IMG/VR virus record: IMGVR_UViG_3300025853_000518
Coordinates: 1-27,586 of that record
Source: a virus
Taxonomy: Duplodnaviria > Caudoviricetes
Length of the DNA stretch: 27,586 bases
Strand: one strand, 5' to 3'
The position numbers were made by a program, and so were the translations under genes. The notes under the pieces are model-generated. The model ran no database searches. It worked only from the letters and a program-made list of their open reading frames with translations, and had not been told where the DNA came from. Positions 25,579 to 27,586 of the stretch are shown piece by piece (position 1 is the first letter of the stretch; each line of letters begins with the position of its first letter).

Positions 25579-26451
25579 ATGTCAAACAAAAAACAAGAAC
25601 TTACCGAAGAGAGAATCAGAAGAGACATTCACCAGCTGAAGCCTCCTCCTCCTTACAAAAGAGCATCAAAGAAACCTAAATTGGGAAAGACAATACTCGT
25701 TGTGCCTGACAGTCACGCAAAACCCGGCATATCCAACCATAGATTTGAATGGTTAGGGAGGTTAGCTGTAGATAGAAAGCCTGATTACATAGTAAATCTA
25801 GGCGATCTGTGGGACATGCACTCTCTTAATTCTTTTGATAAGCCGGGTAGTAAATCTTTTAACGGAGCATCTTACTGGAAAGATATAGACATCGGACTCG
25901 ATGCAATGCTGAGATTTCATATACAGATAGAGAACTACAACAGAGGCTCTAGTAAGAATAAATACGAGCCTAAGAAGATATTCTGTATCGGCAACCATGA
26001 ACATAGAATCTCAAAGTTCATTGAATCAGAACCAAGATTTGAAGAGATAATTTCGACAGATGACTTGAGGTTGAAAGAGCTTGGCTGGGAAGAGGTGCCG
26101 TTTCTTGAGATCAAAAAGATTGAAGGATGTTCCTTTTCTCATTATTTCACGTCTGGGGTTATGGGGAGACCTATCTCTGGAATGCACCAAGCAGCCAGCC
26201 TCATCACCAAGCAATTCGGAACCTGCATCCAAGGGCACACGCACACGTTCGATCACTCAGTCAGAACAGACAGCGGAGGAAAGAACCTGCATGGATTAGT
26301 AGCTGGCTGCTACTTCGAACACTCCGAACCTTGGGCTGGTCCGGCTAATCAGATGTGGCGCAGAGGTTGTTGCCTTCTTCATAATGTAAAGTCAGGTGAT
26401 TTCGATGTCGAATGGATCGGAATGGAAAGGGTCAAGGCGAAGTATTCGTAA
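25579..26451 (+). CDS. Calcineurin-like metallophosphoesterase
   Basis: All five motifs are present: PDSH, LGDLWD, GNHE, SH and QGHTH. Confidence 0.9.
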   Translation: MSNKKQELTEERIRRDIHQLKPPPPYKRASKKPKLGKTILVVPDSHAKPGISNHRFEWLGRLAVDRKPDYIVNLGDLWDMHSLNSFDKPGSKSFNGASYWKDIDIGLDAMLRFHIQIENYNRGSSKNKYEPKKIFCIGNHEHRISKFIESEPRFEEIISTDDLRLKELGWEEVPFLEIKKIEGCSFSHYFTSGVMGRPISGMHQAASLITKQFGTCIQGHTHTFDHSVRTDSGGKNLHGLVAGCYFEHSEPWAGPANQMWRRGCCLLHNVKSGDFDVEWIGMERVKAKYS

Positions 26452-26803
26452 ACAAGTTTCTAAAAGAGACAGGTTACATCAGATACACAAGTGGCTAATC
26501 AATGAGTACGGTCGAAAAACTCGCTTGCGGGTCGAAAAATTGCCCAAATCTGAGAAGGACTGCTTAGGTTACGTCGAACTGGGGAGCGGAATTCCGCTCA
26601 TAAGAGTAAGTAAGTTCTTATCAAGAAGCGAATCTATATCAGTTCTTCTGCACGAATACTGCCACGTCATATCCCATTACAAACACGGCCCCCACTGGAA
26701 GAGAACCAATGGAGGCCACGATGATAACTTTTATTTGCTGCTGTGCGCGGTAGAGAACAGGTATTTTTATGAAGGTGGAACTACTGAAAGTCAGGACTTT
26801 TGA
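26405..26803 (+). CDS. Small HExxH zinc-metallopeptidase-like protein (SprT/WLM-like minimal zincin)
   Basis: SVLLHEYCHV...GGHDDNFY supplies HExxH plus a third His. ATG 26405 follows AGGTGA (the track start is 26396). Confidence 0.65.
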   Translation: MSNGSEWKGSRRSIRKQVSKRDRLHQIHKWLINEYGRKTRLRVEKLPKSEKDCLGYVELGSGIPLIRVSKFLSRSESISVLLHEYCHVISHYKHGPHWKRTNGGHDDNFYLLLCAVENRYFYEGGTTESQDF

Positions 26804-26987
26804 AAGCGATGCTACAGCAATGTTGTACCAAGCAAAAATATGTTTAAGCAACGCAGAAGGTTTCTTATTATCAGAAGAAGTTACAAAAATTCTTGATGAT
26901 AAATTAATTTACGACCTGACAAAAGAGATAAGAAATTTAATCTACGGGATAAACGTCAGCATAGAGATAACAAAAGGTGAGGGGTAG
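26769..26987 (+). CDS. Hypothetical protein (72 aa)
   Basis: An AT-rich ORF overlapping the upstream gene and filling the gap to the tRNA. No motif recognised. Confidence 0.5.
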   Translation: MKVELLKVRTFESDATAMLYQAKICLSNAEGFLLSEEVTKILDDKLIYDLTKEIRNLIYGINVSIEITKGEG

Positions 26988-27058
26988 GCTCGGCGGGACT
27001 CGAACCCGCGACCACTGCTTTATAAGAACAGCACTCTAACCAGCTGAGTTACGAGCCC
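26985..27058 (-). tRNA. trnI: tRNA-Ile, anticodon UAU
   Basis: The reverse complement folds as GGGCTCG TA ACTC AGCTGGTTA GAGT G CTGTT CT-TAT-AA AGCAG TGGTC GCGGG TTCGAGT CCCGC CGAGCCT A. All four stems pair, the discriminator is A, and CCA is not encoded (CCC follows). Confidence 0.93.
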
Positions 27059-27073
27059 GTCCCCCCTCACATA

Positions 27074-27253
27074 CTAGATCGGACCGTTATTAATCACATG
27101 CTCCACAGCGTTCCGGAGAAGTTCGGGAACAGTAGTTTCCTCCTTCTTTGCCAGAGTGCGGAGCTTCTTTATATGCGCGATAGGCATCTGAAACGTATAC
27201 ATCTTGTGGCTTCCGGGCTTTCCGAGAGCAGGACGACCTCTTCGCTTATTCAT
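27074..27253 (-). CDS. Ribbon-helix-helix (CopG/Arc-like) DNA-binding protein, 59 aa
   Basis: Hand translation gives MNKRRGRPALGKPGSHKMYTFQMPIAHIKKLRTLAKKEETTVPELLRNAVEHVINNGPI*: an alternating beta strand, L..LA..E, and TV.ELLR.AV. SD AAGGA upstream. It is below the ORF-track cutoff. Confidence 0.75.
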   Translation of the reverse strand: MNKRRGRPALGKPGSHKMYTFQMPIAHIKKLRTLAKKEETTVPELLRNAVEHVINNGPI

Positions 27254-27488
27254 TGCTGTTCCTTTTCATTTCAATGGAGAGCCTTCTCTCCAAATAGAAT
27301 ATAGCTTTCTGTATATCTTCGACGAAGGAACCTTTCCTACCGGCTCTTGATATATATTTCAGGGCAGTACCAAGGTGATAGTCGAGGCCCCAATCTTCTA
27401 TCACTTTAACAGGTTCGTAGACCCTGCCCTCAGTGTAGTGGGAAGGGTTCTGAACTGGATCGAATATCCTACTCAAATCTGTATTCAT
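27246..27488 (-). CDS. DUF3310 family protein (T7 gp1.7-like putative nucleotide kinase)
   Basis: DPV.NPSHY...E...VIE......G.ALKYI.RAG.K....EDI.KA.FYL signature. Confidence 0.85.
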   Translation of the reverse strand: MNTDLSRIFDPVQNPSHYTEGRVYEPVKVIEDWGLDYHLGTALKYISRAGRKGSFVEDIQKAIFYLERRLSIEMKRNSNE

Positions 27489-27585
27489 TCAAAATCTCTT
27501 CGAGCTTAGCTACAGCCTTGGGATTCTTTTTTAAATCAGAACGGGATTCAAACTTTGCCAAGTCTTTTAAAATGTAAAGACAGAC
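27469..27585 (-). CDS. 3' end of a hypothetical protein (partial)
   Basis: The open frame from the window edge reads VCLYILKDLAKFESRSDLKKNPKAVAKLEEILNEYRFE* and overlaps the DUF3310 start. Confidence 0.5.
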   Translation of the reverse strand, partial: VCLYILKDLAKFESRSDLKKNPKAVAKLEEILNEYRFE

Positions 27586-27586
27586 T

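Noticed and set aside
24959-25628. Minus-strand ORFs over the lysis cassette
   Set aside because: The + strand holin and spanin genes have SD sequences, translational coupling and appropriate hydrophobic patterns, while the antisense ORFs have none.
26985-27058. tRNA as a prophage attachment site or host boundary
   Set aside because: Phage-type genes (DUF3310, RHH) continue beyond it, and no integrase or duplicated tRNA 3' end is visible in the window.
27098-27304. 68-aa + strand ORF from the track
   Set aside because: It is antisense to the better-supported RHH and DUF3310 genes and has no recognisable features.

Overview
The window is the late (virion) region of a tailed dsDNA phage with podovirus-like organisation. 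An overlapped spanin pair implies a diderm (Gram-negative-type) host. On the + strand (1-26987) come head-tail connector/adaptor genes, a Gly/Thr-rich tail fibre, a P22 gp10-like tail nozzle and a small tail protein. Four internal/ejection proteins follow (one with a lytic transglycosylase domain), then a 3311-aa polyvalent protein, a lysis cassette (M15 endolysin, holin, i-/o-spanin), a terminator-like hairpin, a metallophosphoesterase and an HExxH protein. The - strand (26985-27586) converges on this with a partial ORF, a DUF3310 gene, a ribbon-helix-helix gene and a tRNA-Ile with the rare UAU anticodon. The most notable signal is the giant protein. It carries an HExxH zincin followed by AT-rich ART-like, HipA/PI3-4-kinase-like and Nudix modules, each opened by a recurring [KR]-[FWHL]-S-[LI] motif, which suggests an injected, self-processing effector polyprotein. 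Other notable signals are a hairpin that looks like both a terminator and a split ribosome-binding site, and a [FYMK]xxGGx[VI] motif shared by several internal proteins. All family calls are motif recognition by eye; no database searches were run.
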